64,000 bases of DNA from Paludibaculum sp. Lineage in GTDB: Bacteria; Acidobacteriota; Terriglobia; Bryobacterales; Bryobacteraceae. The stretch lies in NCBI GenBank assembly GCA_029973955.1, contig JARKQJ010000249.1, positions 19,030 through 83,029 of the forward strand, in the 5' to 3' direction. Of the stretch, positions 9,146 through 20,022 are shown piece by piece. The notes under the pieces are model-generated. The model was not told the DNA's origin, made no database searches, and was given only the letters and a program-made list of their open reading frames with translations. The translations under genes and the position numbers were made by a program. Every line of letters begins with the position of its first letter. Positions within the stretch are counted from its first letter, which is position 1.

Positions 9146-10102
9146 GTGGCTACCCGCACTGCCACGCTGCCGGCGTTTGCGAAGGTCAATCTGAGTTTGA
9201 AAGTCCTCCACCGGCGGGGGGACGGTTTTCACGAGATCCGGAGTGTCTTTCAAACGATTGGGTTGAATGACACGATCTCGTTTGCGTTCACGGCGGGGCG
9301 GGGCTTGCAGATCGGGCTGGACGACGCGCTGGGGATCGAAGACAACCTGGTGGTGCGGGCGGCGCGGCTGTTCTGTGAGCGGATGGGGGTGCACGGGCGG
9401 CTGGCGATGAAGCTGGAGAAGCGGATTCCGATGGGTGGGGGGCTGGGCGGGGGGTCGAGCGACGCGGCGACGGTGCTGCTGGCGCTGCCGGCTCTGACGA
9501 AGAAAGCCTGTACGCTGGTGGAGTTGATGGAGATGGGGGCGGAATTGGGGTCGGACGTGCCGTTTTTCCTGACCGGGGGGACGGCGCTGGGTATCGGCCG
9601 GGGGGAGGAACTTTACCCGCTGCCGGAGGCGCCGGAGAGGCCGCTGCTGGTGCTGGCGCCAGCGATTCACGTCTCGACTCCGGCGGCGTACAAAGCTCTG
9701 GGGCGGGGGGCCGGGCCAGCGCCCCGGCCTGAATTGACTTCGCCGGGCGAGTTCCGTAAACTAAGTATTTTCCAGTCGTTTGTCTGGCAGGCGTATCTTG
9801 CGTCTGATGCGGAGAACGACTTCGAGGATGCCGTCTTTCAGCTTCATCCGGAGCTGAAGCGGTGGCAGAGAAAACTCGAACGGCTCGGGGCCCAGCCTGC
9901 GCGTCTCTCCGGCAGCGGGGCAGCACTCTTCGGGGTGTTTCCGGACCGGGCCAAGCTTCAGGGAGCCCTTCCGCAGTTTCGTACGGAGCCTCTCAAAGTT
10001 TTCTCCACAACCACGGTGACGCGCCGGCGGTTCCGCGCGCGCATCGTTAGCTGTCTGCGGGAGTTTGTCCAAGAGGATTCATGGCCGCCCCGAAGCTTGT
10101 GA
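9146..10102 (+). CDS. ispE: 4-diphosphocytidyl-2-C-methyl-D-erythritol kinase
   Basis: [43 protein letters not shown]. Confidence 0.96.
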   Translation: MATRTATLPAFAKVNLSLKVLHRRGDGFHEIRSVFQTIGLNDTISFAFTAGRGLQIGLDDALGIEDNLVVRAARLFCERMGVHGRLAMKLEKRIPMGGGLGGGSSDAATVLLALPALTKKACTLVELMEMGAELGSDVPFFLTGGTALGIGRGEELYPLPEAPERPLLVLAPAIHVSTPAAYKALGRGAGPAPRPELTSPGEFRKLSIFQSFVWQAYLASDAENDFEDAVFQLHPELKRWQRKLERLGAQPARLSGSGAALFGVFPDRAKLQGALPQFRTEPLKVFSTTTVTRRRFRARIVSCLREFVQEDSWPPRSL

Positions 10103-11052
10103 AAGAGAGGAACGATCGTTTGAAGATACTGACCGGGAATGCCAACCCCGAGCTGGCGGAGGCGATCTGCCAGGAGTTGGGCATCTCCCTGGGCGGCGCG
10201 ATCGTGAAGAATTTTTCCGACGGCGAAATCTGGGTTCAGATCGAAGAGAACGTGCGCGGTAACGACGTTTTCGTGGTGCAGCCGACGTGCACGCCGGTGG
10301 AGCGCAACCTGATGGAACTGATCCTGATGATTGACGCTCTGAAGCGCGCTTCGGCGGACCGGATCACGGCGGTGCTGCCGTATTACGGCTATGCGCGGCA
10401 AGACCGCAAGGACCGCTCGCGAGTGCCGATCTCGGCCAAAGTAGTGGCGGCGATGCTGGAGCGGGCGGGGGCGGACCGGATTCTGTCTCTGGACCTGCAC
10501 GCTGCGCAGATCCAGGGATTTTTCGACATTCCGGTGGATCACCTGTTTTCGTCGCCGGTGATGATCGAGCATTTCCGGACGACGCACGATCTGGAGAAGT
10601 TGATTGTGGTGTCGCCGGACGCCGGGGGCGTGGAGCGGGCGCGGGCGTTTGCCAAGCGTCTGGAAGTGCCTTTGGCGATCATCGATAAGCGGCGCGAGCA
10701 GCCGAACGTGGCCGAGGTGATGCACATCATCGGCGAGGTGGACGGGCTGGAGTGCCTGATCATCGACGACCTGATCGACACCGCGGGCACGCTGGTGAAG
10801 GCGAGCGAGGCGCTGCTGGCCGCGGGAGCGGCGAGTGTGACGGCCTGCGCGACGCATGCAGTTCTCTCTGGTCCCGCCGTGGACCGCATTTCGCAGTCCC
10901 GGCTGAAGGAAGTTGTTTTTTCGGACTCGATCCCGCTTCGTCCGGAGGCGCAGGCCTGCGGCAAGATCAGGGTGCTGTCGGTGGCGTGGCTTTTGGCGCG
11001 CGCCATCCAGAGCATCCACGAGGAGACGTCCGTCAGTTCTTTGTTTGTTTGA
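10081..11052 (+). CDS. prs: Ribose-phosphate pyrophosphokinase
   Basis: [44 protein letters not shown]. Confidence 0.98.
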   Translation: MAAPKLVKERNDRLKILTGNANPELAEAICQELGISLGGAIVKNFSDGEIWVQIEENVRGNDVFVVQPTCTPVERNLMELILMIDALKRASADRITAVLPYYGYARQDRKDRSRVPISAKVVAAMLERAGADRILSLDLHAAQIQGFFDIPVDHLFSSPVMIEHFRTTHDLEKLIVVSPDAGGVERARAFAKRLEVPLAIIDKRREQPNVAEVMHIIGEVDGLECLIIDDLIDTAGTLVKASEALLAAGAASVTACATHAVLSGPAVDRISQSRLKEVVFSDSIPLRPEAQACGKIRVLSVAWLLARAIQSIHEETSVSSLFV

Positions 11053-11069
11053 AGCGATAGGAGCTAATC

Positions 11070-11738
11070 ATGAGGAAGGACATCACCATTGCCGCCGAAC
11101 CGCGCGCCACGCGGGGGAAGAACGAGGCCCGGCGGCTGCGGGTTGCAATGAAGATTCCCGCCGTGGTGTACGGCACGGGTAAGGATCCGGTGGCCGTGAG
11201 CGTGAGCCCGAAGGAAGTGAACAAGATTCTGCACTCCTCCTCGGGCGTGAACACGATCTTCAACCTGGACATCGAGGGCGTGGAAAATTCGCCCGTGATG
11301 GTGGTTGACTGGCAGCACCATCCGGTGAAGAACAATCTGCTGCACGTGGACATGAAGCGGATCGACCTGGCGAAGCGCCTGACGGTGAAGATCCCGGTGC
11401 ACACGACCGGCGATCCGATCGGCGTGAAGCAGCAGGGCGGTTTGTACGAACTCATCACGCGCGAAATCATGGTGGAGTGTCTGCCGGACGAGATTCCGGA
11501 GAACTTCACGGTGAACGTGGCGGAGATGACGATCGGGCAGAGCCTGCGCGCGAGCCAGGTGGAGTTGAGCGGCTCGATGAAGCTGGTGAGCCCGGCGGAG
11601 CAGGTGATCTCGCACGTGATCGCGGTTCGCGGCTCGGCCGACGAGGCTGCCGAAGGCGAAGCCGGCGCGAAGCCCGCGGAGCCCGAAGTGGTGAAGAAGG
11701 GCAAGAAGGAAGAAGAGGGCGCGGAGAAGAAGAAGTAG
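11070..11738 (+). CDS. rplY: 50S ribosomal protein L25/Ctc
   Basis: GKNEARRLR, IPAVVYG, HVD, GVKQQGG and the C-terminal EPEVVKKGKKEEE. Confidence 0.96.
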   Translation: MRKDITIAAEPRATRGKNEARRLRVAMKIPAVVYGTGKDPVAVSVSPKEVNKILHSSSGVNTIFNLDIEGVENSPVMVVDWQHHPVKNNLLHVDMKRIDLAKRLTVKIPVHTTGDPIGVKQQGGLYELITREIMVECLPDEIPENFTVNVAEMTIGQSLRASQVELSGSMKLVSPAEQVISHVIAVRGSADEAAEGEAGAKPAEPEVVKKGKKEEEGAEKKK

Positions 11739-11782
11739 TCTCCCGCTCCGGTCAGGCCCGAGCCGAAGGCAGAGAGTGAGCG

Positions 11783-12385
11783 ATGCCGGAAGCAGAGATT
11801 CTGGTGGTAGGGCTCGGCAATCCGGGCCCTGAGTACGAAGCGACGCCTCACAATCTCGGCTTTTTGACGGTGGACCGGCTGGCCGCGCGGCACTCGATTC
11901 GAGTGAGCCGCCTGGAATGCCGGGCGCTGGTAGGCGAGGGCCGGGTTGAGGGCAGGCCGGCGATGCTGGCCAAGCCGCAGACGTTCATGAATTTGAGCGG
12001 GCAGTCGGTAAAAGGACTGCTCGAGAAGTACGGCCTGAAGCCGGATCAGTTGGTGGTCGTTTACGACGAGTTGGATTTGCCGTGGACGCAACTGAGGGTC
12101 CGGCCGAAGGGATCGGCCGCCGGGCACAACGGGATGAAAGACATCATCCGGTGTTTGGGGACCGATGAGTTTGCCCGGCTGAGGCTGGGCATCCATCCGG
12201 GACATCCGGTCCGGGATGGCGCGAAGTTCGTGCTCGCTCCGTTCAAGAGCGGGCAGAAGAAGGAGTTGGATGAGCTGTTGGATGCGGCAAGCACGGCAGT
12301 GGAGTCCATCATCGCTGAGGGCGTCGAAAAGGCCATGGCGGCTCACAACCGCCGCGCCCAGGGCTTAACAAGAGAGGAAGAATGA
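11783..12385 (+). CDS. pth: Peptidyl-tRNA hydrolase
   Basis: [33 protein letters not shown]. Confidence 0.97.
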   Translation: MPEAEILVVGLGNPGPEYEATPHNLGFLTVDRLAARHSIRVSRLECRALVGEGRVEGRPAMLAKPQTFMNLSGQSVKGLLEKYGLKPDQLVVVYDELDLPWTQLRVRPKGSAAGHNGMKDIIRCLGTDEFARLRLGIHPGHPVRDGAKFVLAPFKSGQKKELDELLDAASTAVESIIAEGVEKAMAAHNRRAQGLTREEE

Positions 12386-12885
12386 GGATCTACGAAGAGC
12401 TGTTTATCGTTCGTCCCGACACGCCGGAAGAAGAGATCGATGCTTACATCGAGCAGGTCAAGGGCGTTGTCACCGCGGGCGGCGGCAAGGTAGAGAAGGT
12501 AGACAAGTGGGGCGTGCGGAAGCTCGCCTACCGCGTGGAAAAGCGTTCGGAGGGATTCTACATCCTGATCCAGTTCGACGCTGCTCCGACCGTGGTGAAG
12601 GAAGTGGAACGCCGGATGCGCGTCACCGACATGGTGATGAAGTGGATCACCGTGCGCATCGACGAGAAGCTGAAGAAGCTGGAGAAGCGCACAAAACAGA
12701 GAGAGAAGCGCGCCAAGCGGCGTCCGCCGGTCGAGCGTCCGACGCCCGCCGCGTCGGCTCCGGCCGCGCCGGCCGCTCCCGTGCCGGCCGCTCCGGTGCC
12801 CGGCGCTCCGGCGGTGGCGGAAGCGGCTCCTGCCGCGGCTCCGGCGCCTGCTCCGGCAGCGGCGCCCGCAGAGACTCAGGAATAG
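12382..12885 (+). CDS. rpsF: 30S ribosomal protein S6 with a Pro/Ala-rich tail
   Basis: [26 protein letters not shown]; position in the rpsF-rpsR-rplI cluster. Confidence 0.96.
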   Translation: MRIYEELFIVRPDTPEEEIDAYIEQVKGVVTAGGGKVEKVDKWGVRKLAYRVEKRSEGFYILIQFDAAPTVVKEVERRMRVTDMVMKWITVRIDEKLKKLEKRTKQREKRAKRRPPVERPTPAASAPAAPAAPVPAAPVPGAPAVAEAAPAAAPAPAPAAAPAETQE

Positions 12886-12909
12886 GTAAAGGAGGCATCA
12901 GAAAACACC

Positions 12910-13224
12910 ATGGCTGAACAAAAAGGTGGACGCCCCATCGCCGCTTCCCAGAGACCGACGGGTGGCGACAAGACGATTGCGACGGGCAAGCGCCAGTACT
13001 TCCGCCGCAAGAAGGTCGACCGGATCTGTATTGAGAAGATCGACTACATCGATTACAAGGACATCAAGCTGCTGCAGCAGTTCATCACCGAGCGGGGCAA
13101 GATTGTGCCGCGCCGCATTTCGGGGTTGAACGCGCAGAATCAGCGCCGGATCACCGAGGCCATCAAGCTGGCCCGCAACATCGCGCTGCTGCCCTTCGCC
13201 GGCGGCGTCGAGAGGGAGAGATAA
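12910..13224 (+). CDS. rpsR: 30S ribosomal protein S18
   Basis: [40 protein letters not shown]. Confidence 0.97.
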   Translation: MAEQKGGRPIAASQRPTGGDKTIATGKRQYFRRKKVDRICIEKIDYIDYKDIKLLQQFITERGKIVPRRISGLNAQNQRRITEAIKLARNIALLPFAGGVERER

Positions 13225-13226
13225 AC

Positions 13227-13682
13227 ATGGAAGTCATTCTGCGCGAAGATGTCGAAAAGCTGGGAAGCCGCGGCGAAGTAGTCAAGGTTGCCGCGGGCTA
13301 TGCCAGGAACTTCCTGCTGCCGAAGCGGCTGGCGGTTCCGGCTACCGACAGCAACAAGAAGATCGTGGAGCAGGAGCGGCAAGCCGCGCTGCGCCGCGAG
13401 GCCAAGGAGAAGTCGTCGGCGGAAGAGCTCGGCAAGATGCTCTCAGCTGTGACTCTCACCACCACGCAGAAGGCCGGTGAAGCCGACGTACTGTTCGGTT
13501 CCGTCACGGCGAAGGACATCGCCGAGATGCTGGAGAAGCAGGGCTATCAGATCGATCGCAAGAAGATCCACATGGAAGCGCCGATCAAGAGCCTGGGCGA
13601 GCACAAGGTGGCCATCAAGCTGCACCGCGAGGTGTCGGCCGAGGTCACTGTGGTGGTTAACAAAGAAGAAGAAGCCCAGTAA
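13227..13682 (+). CDS. rplI: 50S ribosomal protein L9
   Basis: MEVILREDVEKLG, GYARNFLLP, LFGSVT, PIKSLG. Confidence 0.98.
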   Translation: MEVILREDVEKLGSRGEVVKVAAGYARNFLLPKRLAVPATDSNKKIVEQERQAALRREAKEKSSAEELGKMLSAVTLTTTQKAGEADVLFGSVTAKDIAEMLEKQGYQIDRKKIHMEAPIKSLGEHKVAIKLHREVSAEVTVVVNKEEEAQ

Positions 13683-13697
13683 ACTGGATTTCAGAGG

Positions 13698-13730
13698 GAA
13701 GGGGGGCGCACCGCAGTGTGTCCCCCTTTC
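13698..13730 (+). terminator. Terminator-like hairpin after rplI
   Basis: GAAGGGGGGCGCAC-CGCA-GTGTGTCCCCCTTTC; short U-tract. Confidence 0.65.
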
Positions 13731-13752
13731 GTGTGTCTAGAGGCCTGTCTTT

Positions 13753-15282
13753 ATGCCAATCCTGCCCGACCAATTCGCATCCACCCCGATTCTGACGCTG
13801 CTGGAAGAGGCCGAACAGGGCCTGATCGGTTTCGACCGGCGGCTGATTGCAGCTCTGCTCGAGCGCAGGGAGGAGACTCTCGACGCGCTGGAGCGGCTGT
13901 TGCAGGCACCGCAAAGGGACCGGCTGCTGGATCTGACCGAACAGGCATTCGACCTGTACCGAGAGTTCCGTTCGCCACGGGCGCTGCCGTTCTACATTGA
14001 GCTGCTGCGGAAGCGCCAGGGCGACATGATTCCGGATGAGCTGATGGAGGCGTTCACCGACATCGGCGCGCCGGCGGTGGAGCCGATTCTGGAACTGCAC
14101 GCCAAGGTGAGCGAGGACGACCGTCCGGACCTGGTGTTTCTGCTTTCGACGCTGGGCGTGCACGATGCGCGCATCCAGGCGCTGATCGAGCAGACGATTG
14201 CGGCGGACCACTATGAAGGCGCGCTATGCGCGGGGCTGTACGGAGATCCGGCGCTGCGGGCGGCGGTGCAGGCGGCGCTGGACGCGGGGGTGAAGTCGGC
14301 CGAGGAGCAGAAGGTTCTGGAGGAGTGTATCAAATCGCTGGGTGCGCCGAAGGAGCCCCACGAGCCGCAGCCGTACGGGATGCTGGAGCAGTATCCGGAG
14401 AAGTCGACGCCGCTGTTCGACCAGATGGATCCGGAAAACGTGCTGAAGTTCTTCGAGTGCGGGGAGAAGGAATACCGCGCGCGGGCGGCGATGAGCTTCA
14501 CGGACGACGACTATCCGGACGAGATCCGGGACAAGCTGATGGGCCTGGCGACGGGCGACCCGGAGACGCTGGTGCGGGGCGCGGCGCTGCGGGCGCTGGG
14601 CGAACGGATTCACGAAGAGCCGGTCCGCGACCTGCTGGTGCGGGTGCTGGAGACGAAGAGCGAATCGGAAGCGGAACGGGAAGAGTGGCTGGGGGCGCTG
14701 ATCGGGCTGGCGGGCGCGACGGCGGAGCCGGAGGTGCACGACGCGCTGCTGGAGGCCTACGGGCGGGAGGATTGCCGGGCGGCGGCGCTGCAGACGATGT
14801 GGCGGTCACTGGATCCGAGATACCGGAAGTACTTCGGGCCGAACCTGAAGAGCGAGGATTTCGACGTTCGCCGGCAGGCGATCCAGGGGGTGGGCGCGTA
14901 TCCGCTGCCGGACCTGGCGTTCGAGCTGATTCCGCTGCTGCAGGATGAAGAGGTGCGTGACGAGGCCCTGTTTTCGTATGCGCTGGCGGTGCGGCACAGC
15001 ACGACGCCGAAGAGCGTGAACCGGCTGTTCGAGATGATCGACGAGAAGGCCGGCGGCCTGACCGACGACGAAGAAGAGACGGTGGCGGTGGCGCTGGACC
15101 GGCGGCTGGAGCGGGAGGGTTACGAACCGGTTTACTACCCGCAGGAAGAGCACGATCACGAGCACGAGGCTGAAGCGGCGCCGCCGGTGGTGGAGCAGGC
15201 GAAGAGCGAGAAGATCGGGCGCAACGATCCCTGCCCGTGCGGGAGAGGCAAGAAGTACAAGAAGTGCTGCGGGGCGAACTGA
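13753..15282 (+). CDS. HEAT-repeat protein with a C-terminal SEC-C motif
   Basis: Acidic helical repeats ([26 protein letters not shown]); C-terminal [21 protein letters not shown]. Confidence 0.85.
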   Translation: MPILPDQFASTPILTLLEEAEQGLIGFDRRLIAALLERREETLDALERLLQAPQRDRLLDLTEQAFDLYREFRSPRALPFYIELLRKRQGDMIPDELMEAFTDIGAPAVEPILELHAKVSEDDRPDLVFLLSTLGVHDARIQALIEQTIAADHYEGALCAGLYGDPALRAAVQAALDAGVKSAEEQKVLEECIKSLGAPKEPHEPQPYGMLEQYPEKSTPLFDQMDPENVLKFFECGEKEYRARAAMSFTDDDYPDEIRDKLMGLATGDPETLVRGAALRALGERIHEEPVRDLLVRVLETKSESEAEREEWLGALIGLAGATAEPEVHDALLEAYGREDCRAAALQTMWRSLDPRYRKYFGPNLKSEDFDVRRQAIQGVGAYPLPDLAFELIPLLQDEEVRDEALFSYALAVRHSTTPKSVNRLFEMIDEKAGGLTDDEEETVAVALDRRLEREGYEPVYYPQEEHDHEHEAEAAPPVVEQAKSEKIGRNDPCPCGRGKKYKKCCGAN

Positions 15283-15382
15283 GGGTGGCCTGAGGCTGCA
15301 AACAACCCAGGTTCGTTCTGTTTGACAGGCTTCTCACGGGGAAGACATCGGGCTGTCATCGAGTCCCTGCAATCTGGGAGCG

Positions 15383-16462
15383 ATGACCAGGACGTCGATT
15401 CATTTTGAGATACCGGCCGCCGGGGCGTGGCGCACCGGGGTTTCGCTGCACAGCCACACCTCCCATTCCAAGGAGAGTTTCGAATTCGTCTACCGCCTGG
15501 CGGCCTGCGTTCCGGACGGGGCCACCGTGCTGGGGCGTTACGAGGCGCACTACCGGCGCGCGAACAGGCGCGAGTTGAGCCAACTCGACGCGTGGTGGAC
15601 TCCACCGCTGGGCCCGCGCGAAGCGCTGGCGGTGGAGCGGGAGCAGATCGAGGCGCTGGGCCCGCTGGCGCTGGTTTCGATCACGGATCACGACAACATC
15701 GAGGCGCCCCTGCTGCTGCGCATGCTGAGCGAGGGGCGAGAGGTGCCGATCAGCGTGGAGTGGACCGTGCCGTTCCGCGGGACGGTGTTTCATCTCGGCG
15801 TTCACAACATGGGGCCGCGGCGGGCGCGGGTGAAGATGGAGGCACTGGGGCGCTTCACGGCGGGCGGCGCGGAGCCCGAACTGCGAGGCCTGCTGGACTG
15901 GCTGGGGGAGGACGAGCAGACGCTGATCGTGTTCAACCATCCGTATTGGGACGAAAAGTGCAAGGGCCAACAGTTTCACGCCTCCGTGGCCGCGGAGTTT
16001 CTATCGGCTTACAGGCCCTGGCTGCACGCGCTGGAGTTGAACGGGCTGCGCCCGTGGGCGGAGAACCTGCGCGCGTTGGAGACGGCAGAAGCCGCGGGGC
16101 TGCCGGCCGTTTCGGGCGGAGACCGCCACGGCTGTGAGCCAAACGCGCTGCTGAATCTGACCATGGCGCGGACATTCGCCGAGTTTGTGGAAGTGATCCG
16201 ACACGACCAGCGGAGCGACATTCTGGTGATGCCGCAGTACCGGGAGCCGATGGCGGGGCGGGTGCTGACGGCGGTGGGAGACGTGATGCGGGACGACGAA
16301 GGGCATATGCACGGCTGGACGAGATGGAGCGGCCGGGTGTTCTACCGCAACGCTGAGGGAACGGCGGTGCCGCTGAGTGCGGCGCTGGAGCGGGGCAGGG
16401 AACCGCTGGTGCTGCGGCTGGCGCTGGCGGCGGCGCGAGCGCTGAATCACGGAAGGGTGTAG
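15383..16462 (+). CDS. PHP-domain (phosphoesterase-like) protein
   Basis: SLHSHT, SITDHD, FHLGVHN, FNHP, GGDRHG metal-binding motifs. Confidence 0.8.
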   Translation: MTRTSIHFEIPAAGAWRTGVSLHSHTSHSKESFEFVYRLAACVPDGATVLGRYEAHYRRANRRELSQLDAWWTPPLGPREALAVEREQIEALGPLALVSITDHDNIEAPLLLRMLSEGREVPISVEWTVPFRGTVFHLGVHNMGPRRARVKMEALGRFTAGGAEPELRGLLDWLGEDEQTLIVFNHPYWDEKCKGQQFHASVAAEFLSAYRPWLHALELNGLRPWAENLRALETAEAAGLPAVSGGDRHGCEPNALLNLTMARTFAEFVEVIRHDQRSDILVMPQYREPMAGRVLTAVGDVMRDDEGHMHGWTRWSGRVFYRNAEGTAVPLSAALERGREPLVLRLALAAARALNHGRV

Positions 16463-16546
16463 ACGGCGGTCCGGCAACTGATGCAACCGGCGTGGGAGCT
16501 GCCGCTGTAATCGGGTGGCGGGCGCGGCGATAGAATGGAAAGCGGG

Positions 16547-17365
16547 ATGCGAATCGCGATCTTCCTGCTCACCGCCCTTCTCTGCCAGGCGCAAGACAAG
16601 GGGCCCGAGGCTGCCCGGCGCGTGATTGACGACGCTGTGAAGGCCCTGGGCGGAGATGCGTTTCTGAATATGAAAGACCGGGTGGAGGAAGGGCGGTCGT
16701 ACAGCTTCTACAACGAGAAACTGTCCGGCATGAGCAGGGCCAAGATGTACATCCGGTATCTGACGCGGCCGGAGCCGATGCAGCCGGAATTCTATGGGAT
16801 TCGCGAGCGGCGGGCGTTCGGGAAGAAGGAAGACGTCTACATCGTCTACAACGAGACGGGCGGATTCGAGATCACCTACCGGGGGGCGAAGCCGCTGCCG
16901 GCGGAGACGGTGTCGCAGTATAAGGAGTCGCTGATGCACAACGTGCTGTACACGCTGCGGATGCGGCTGGGCGAGCCGGGGCTGACGTTCGATTGGGCCG
17001 GGACGGACGTGAACGAGAACATGCCGTGCAACGTGGTGGATATCGTGGACGGGGCGAACCGGGTGACGAAGGTGTGGTTCCACCAGTCGACGAAGCTGCC
17101 GGTGCGGCAGATGTGGGAGCACCGCGATCCGAAGACGAAGTACCGGCAGGATGAGATTACGATCTTCGACAAGTACCGGGACATCGGCGGCGGCATCATG
17201 TGGCCGTACGTGGTGCGGCGGGAGCGCAACGGCGAGCGGAATTACGAGATGTACGCGGACTCCATTGTGGTGAACCAGAGCCTGGGCGATGAGCTGTTCA
17301 CGATCCAGGGCGACATCCAGGTGCGCGAGGAGAAGAGCAGCAACGTGAAGCCGGGCCGGAAGTAG
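16547..17365 (+). CDS. Exported hypothetical protein, possible LolA-like fold
   Basis: Signal peptide; AVKALGGDAFL start and KYRDIGGGIMWPY...VVNQSLGDELF end typical of LolA-like periplasmic proteins. Confidence 0.6.
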   Translation: MRIAIFLLTALLCQAQDKGPEAARRVIDDAVKALGGDAFLNMKDRVEEGRSYSFYNEKLSGMSRAKMYIRYLTRPEPMQPEFYGIRERRAFGKKEDVYIVYNETGGFEITYRGAKPLPAETVSQYKESLMHNVLYTLRMRLGEPGLTFDWAGTDVNENMPCNVVDIVDGANRVTKVWFHQSTKLPVRQMWEHRDPKTKYRQDEITIFDKYRDIGGGIMWPYVVRRERNGERNYEMYADSIVVNQSLGDELFTIQGDIQVREEKSSNVKPGRK

Positions 17366-17374
17366 GGGGCAGAC

Positions 17375-18196
17375 TTGGCTGGCACGCTGTACATCGTCGC
17401 GACACCGATCGGCAACCTGGGGGACATGACTTTCCGGGCGGTGGAGGTGCTGAAGAGCGTGAGCCGGATCGCGTGCGAAGACACGCGGCAGACGCGCAAG
17501 CTGCTGGACCATTTCGGCATTGGAACGCCGATGGTCAGCTATCACGAGCACAACGAGGCGGAGCGGGCGGCGGAGTTGATCGGGATACTGGAAGACGGCG
17601 CGGACCTGGCGCTGGTGACGGACGCGGGGACGCCGCTGGTGTCGGATCCGGGCTTCCGATTGGTGCGGGCGGCGGTGGGGCAGGGCATTCGAGTGGTGCC
17701 TGTGCCGGGAGTGTCGGCGGTGATCACGGCGCTGTCGGCGGCGGGCCTGCCGAGCGATGCGTTTCGATTCTGCGGGTTCTTTCCGCGCAAGCAGGGCGAG
17801 CGGCGGCGATTGCTGGAAGCGCTGGCGGGGGACGAATCGACGCTGGCGTTCTATGAGGCGCCGCACCGGATTGTGGAGTCGTTGCGCGACATCGAGGAGA
17901 CGATGGGCGACCCGCCGGTGGTGCTGGCGCGCGAGCTGACCAAGCTGCATGAGGAGTTTCTCCGCGGGAGAGCTTCCGAGGTGCGCGCGGCGTTGGAGAG
18001 CCGGGATGCGATTCGGGGAGAGATGACGGTTCTGATCGGCAAGCGGGACCGCGTGACGAATCCGGTGGAGACGATCGAGCAGCATGTGCTGCGGCTGGAA
18101 GGGTCGGGGTTGACGCGCATGGATGCCATCAAGGCTGCGGCGAAGGAACGGGGATTGCCGAAGCGCGAAGTGTATAAGCTTTTTGAACGCGACTAG
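17375..18196 (+). CDS. rsmI: 16S rRNA (cytidine1402-2'-O)-methyltransferase
   Basis: LYIVATPIGNLGD, CEDTR, DAGTPLVSDPG, FYEAPHR, ARELTKLHEE. Confidence 0.97.
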   Translation: MAGTLYIVATPIGNLGDMTFRAVEVLKSVSRIACEDTRQTRKLLDHFGIGTPMVSYHEHNEAERAAELIGILEDGADLALVTDAGTPLVSDPGFRLVRAAVGQGIRVVPVPGVSAVITALSAAGLPSDAFRFCGFFPRKQGERRRLLEALAGDESTLAFYEAPHRIVESLRDIEETMGDPPVVLARELTKLHEEFLRGRASEVRAALESRDAIRGEMTVLIGKRDRVTNPVETIEQHVLRLEGSGLTRMDAIKAAAKERGLPKREVYKLFERD

Positions 18197-18330
18197 CCGC
18201 CGGCTGGAGCGCTGACGCGGTCATTTTGAGCATCGGCTCCGGCTCCGCAGACATCTATGAAGACGTAGGCTGGAGTCCCGGCCTGCGCTGATCTTCCGGA
18301 ACGTCTTCCGGTGTCCCCCTCATCAAAAAC

Positions 18331-20022
18331 ATGAAGCATTCCAATTCGGAGTCCTCCTTGTATCACGGTGTCCACCCCTGGGAGAGACTCAAGCAGTGGT
18401 TGCGCCTGGAATCGACGGAAATCTGGGTGGCGGTGGTCTACACGGCGGCCACGGGCCTGGTCTCCTTGGCGCTGCCGGTGGCGGTGCAGGCGGTGGTGAA
18501 TACGGTGGCGTTTGGCACGCTGCTGCAGCCGCTGGTGGTGCTGACGCTGCTGGTATTTGTCGCGCTGTGTTTCGTGACCTTGCTCAATGCGTGCCGGCAC
18601 TGGGTGGTGGAGCTGATCCAGCGGCGCATCTTCGTGCGGTTGGCGGGTAATGTTTCTGAGAAGCTGGTGCGGGTGGAGCCGGATGCGCTGGCGGCGTACC
18701 AGGGTCCGGAGCTGGTGAACCGGTTTCTGGAAGTGGTGGTGGTGCAGAAGGCCGGAGCGGGGCTGCTGCTGGATGGGTTGACGGTGGTGGTGCAGACCGT
18801 GATCGGCATGATTCTGCTGGGCGTGTACCATCCGTTCCTGTTGGCGTTCGACGTGCTGCTGGTACTGTCGATCGTGATTGTGCTGTTTCCGCTGGGCGCG
18901 GGCGCCATCCCGACGAGCGTGAAAGAGAGCAAGGCGAAGTACGCGCTGGTGGCGTGGCTGGAAGAGGTGGCGCGGCATCAGATCGCGTTCAAGACCAAGG
19001 CCGGCGCGGAGCTGGCGTGGGCGAAGAGCAACCTGCTGGTGGGCGAGTATCTGAAATATCGCGGCAAGCACTTCCGGGTGCTGATGCGGCAGATCGTAGG
19101 CAGCTACACGCTGCAAGCGCTGGCCAGCGCGACGCTGCTGGGCGTGGGCGGCTGGTTGGTGATCAGCCGCCAGATGACGCTGGGGCAACTGGTGGCGGCC
19201 GAGATTGTGGTGGCGCTGGTGGTGAACGGGTTCACGAAGTTCGGCAAGCACCTGGAGAGCTTTTACGACCTGATGGCGTCGGTGGATAAGCTGGGCTACC
19301 TGACAGACCTGCCGACGGAGCGGGAGACGGGCTCGGGATTGCCGGTGAAGGCGGAGGGTATTGCGGTGACGTTCCGCGACGCGGGGATCCATGCGGGCGA
19401 CCGCGGCATGATTCTGGAGCGCATCAATCTGCGGTTGGAAGCGAATGCGCGCGTGGCGCTGGTAGGGGGCATCGGGACAGGCAAGAGCACGCTGCTGGAT
19501 GTGATTTACGGGCTGCGGGAACCGCGGCACGGGTATGTGGAGATCGATGGGCGGGACTTGAGGGAAGTGAAGCTGGGCGAGTTGCGCAGCCAGGTGGTGC
19601 TGGTGCGCGAGCCGGAGATCTTCGAAGGCACGGTGCTGGAGAACCTGCAGCTCGGCAACGTTTCGATGACATTGGAACAGGCGCGGCAGGCGCTGGAACA
19701 GGTGGGCCTGCTGGACCGGGTGATGAGGCTGCCGAACGGGATTCAGACGCAGCTATTCACGGGGGGCCTGCCGCTATCGCCGGGGCGGCGTGTTCAGCTC
19801 GAGATTGCACGGGCTCTGGCGTGCGAACCGCGGCTGCTGATTCTGGACGAGTGCCTGGATTGGCTGGACGACCTGGAGGAGCGCGAGGCCCTGCTGGATT
19901 TCCTCTTTGATCCGGCCAGAGGGTGGACGCTGATCGTCGCCAGCCACAGCCCGGAGATTCTGGCGCGCTGCTCGAGGGTGCTGGAGATCAGGAAGAACAC
20001 GGTGGTGGAGGTGCAGCGATGA
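18331..20022 (+). CDS. Type I secretion-like ABC transporter (TMD+NBD)
   Basis: Several TM segments; Walker A GGIGTGKST; signature LSPGR; Walker B LLILDE; H-loop ASHS. Confidence 0.9.
   Translation: MKHSNSESSLYHGVHPWERLKQWLRLESTEIWVAVVYTAATGLVSLALPVAVQAVVNTVAFGTLLQPLVVLTLLVFVALCFVTLLNACRHWVVELIQRRIFVRLAGNVSEKLVRVEPDALAAYQGPELVNRFLEVVVVQKAGAGLLLDGLTVVVQTVIGMILLGVYHPFLLAFDVLLVLSIVIVLFPLGAGAIPTSVKESKAKYALVAWLEEVARHQIAFKTKAGAELAWAKSNLLVGEYLKYRGKHFRVLMRQIVGSYTLQALASATLLGVGGWLVISRQMTLGQLVAAEIVVALVVNGFTKFGKHLESFYDLMASVDKLGYLTDLPTERETGSGLPVKAEGIAVTFRDAGIHAGDRGMILERINLRLEANARVALVGGIGTGKSTLLDVIYGLREPRHGYVEIDGRDLREVKLGELRSQVVLVREPEIFEGTVLENLQLGNVSMTLEQARQALEQVGLLDRVMRLPNGIQTQLFTGGLPLSPGRRVQLEIARALACEPRLLILDECLDWLDDLEEREALLDFLFDPARGWTLIVASHSPEILARCSRVLEIRKNTVVEVQR

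Noticed and set aside
10060-10102. tRNA-Gln often found between ispE and prs
   Set aside because: The genes overlap here and no tRNA-like sequence is present; absence alone is not notable
15211-15282. Ser-to-Arg change in the SEC-C motif ([13 protein letters not shown])
   Set aside because: Single substitution with all four Cys intact; could be neutral or a sequencing error
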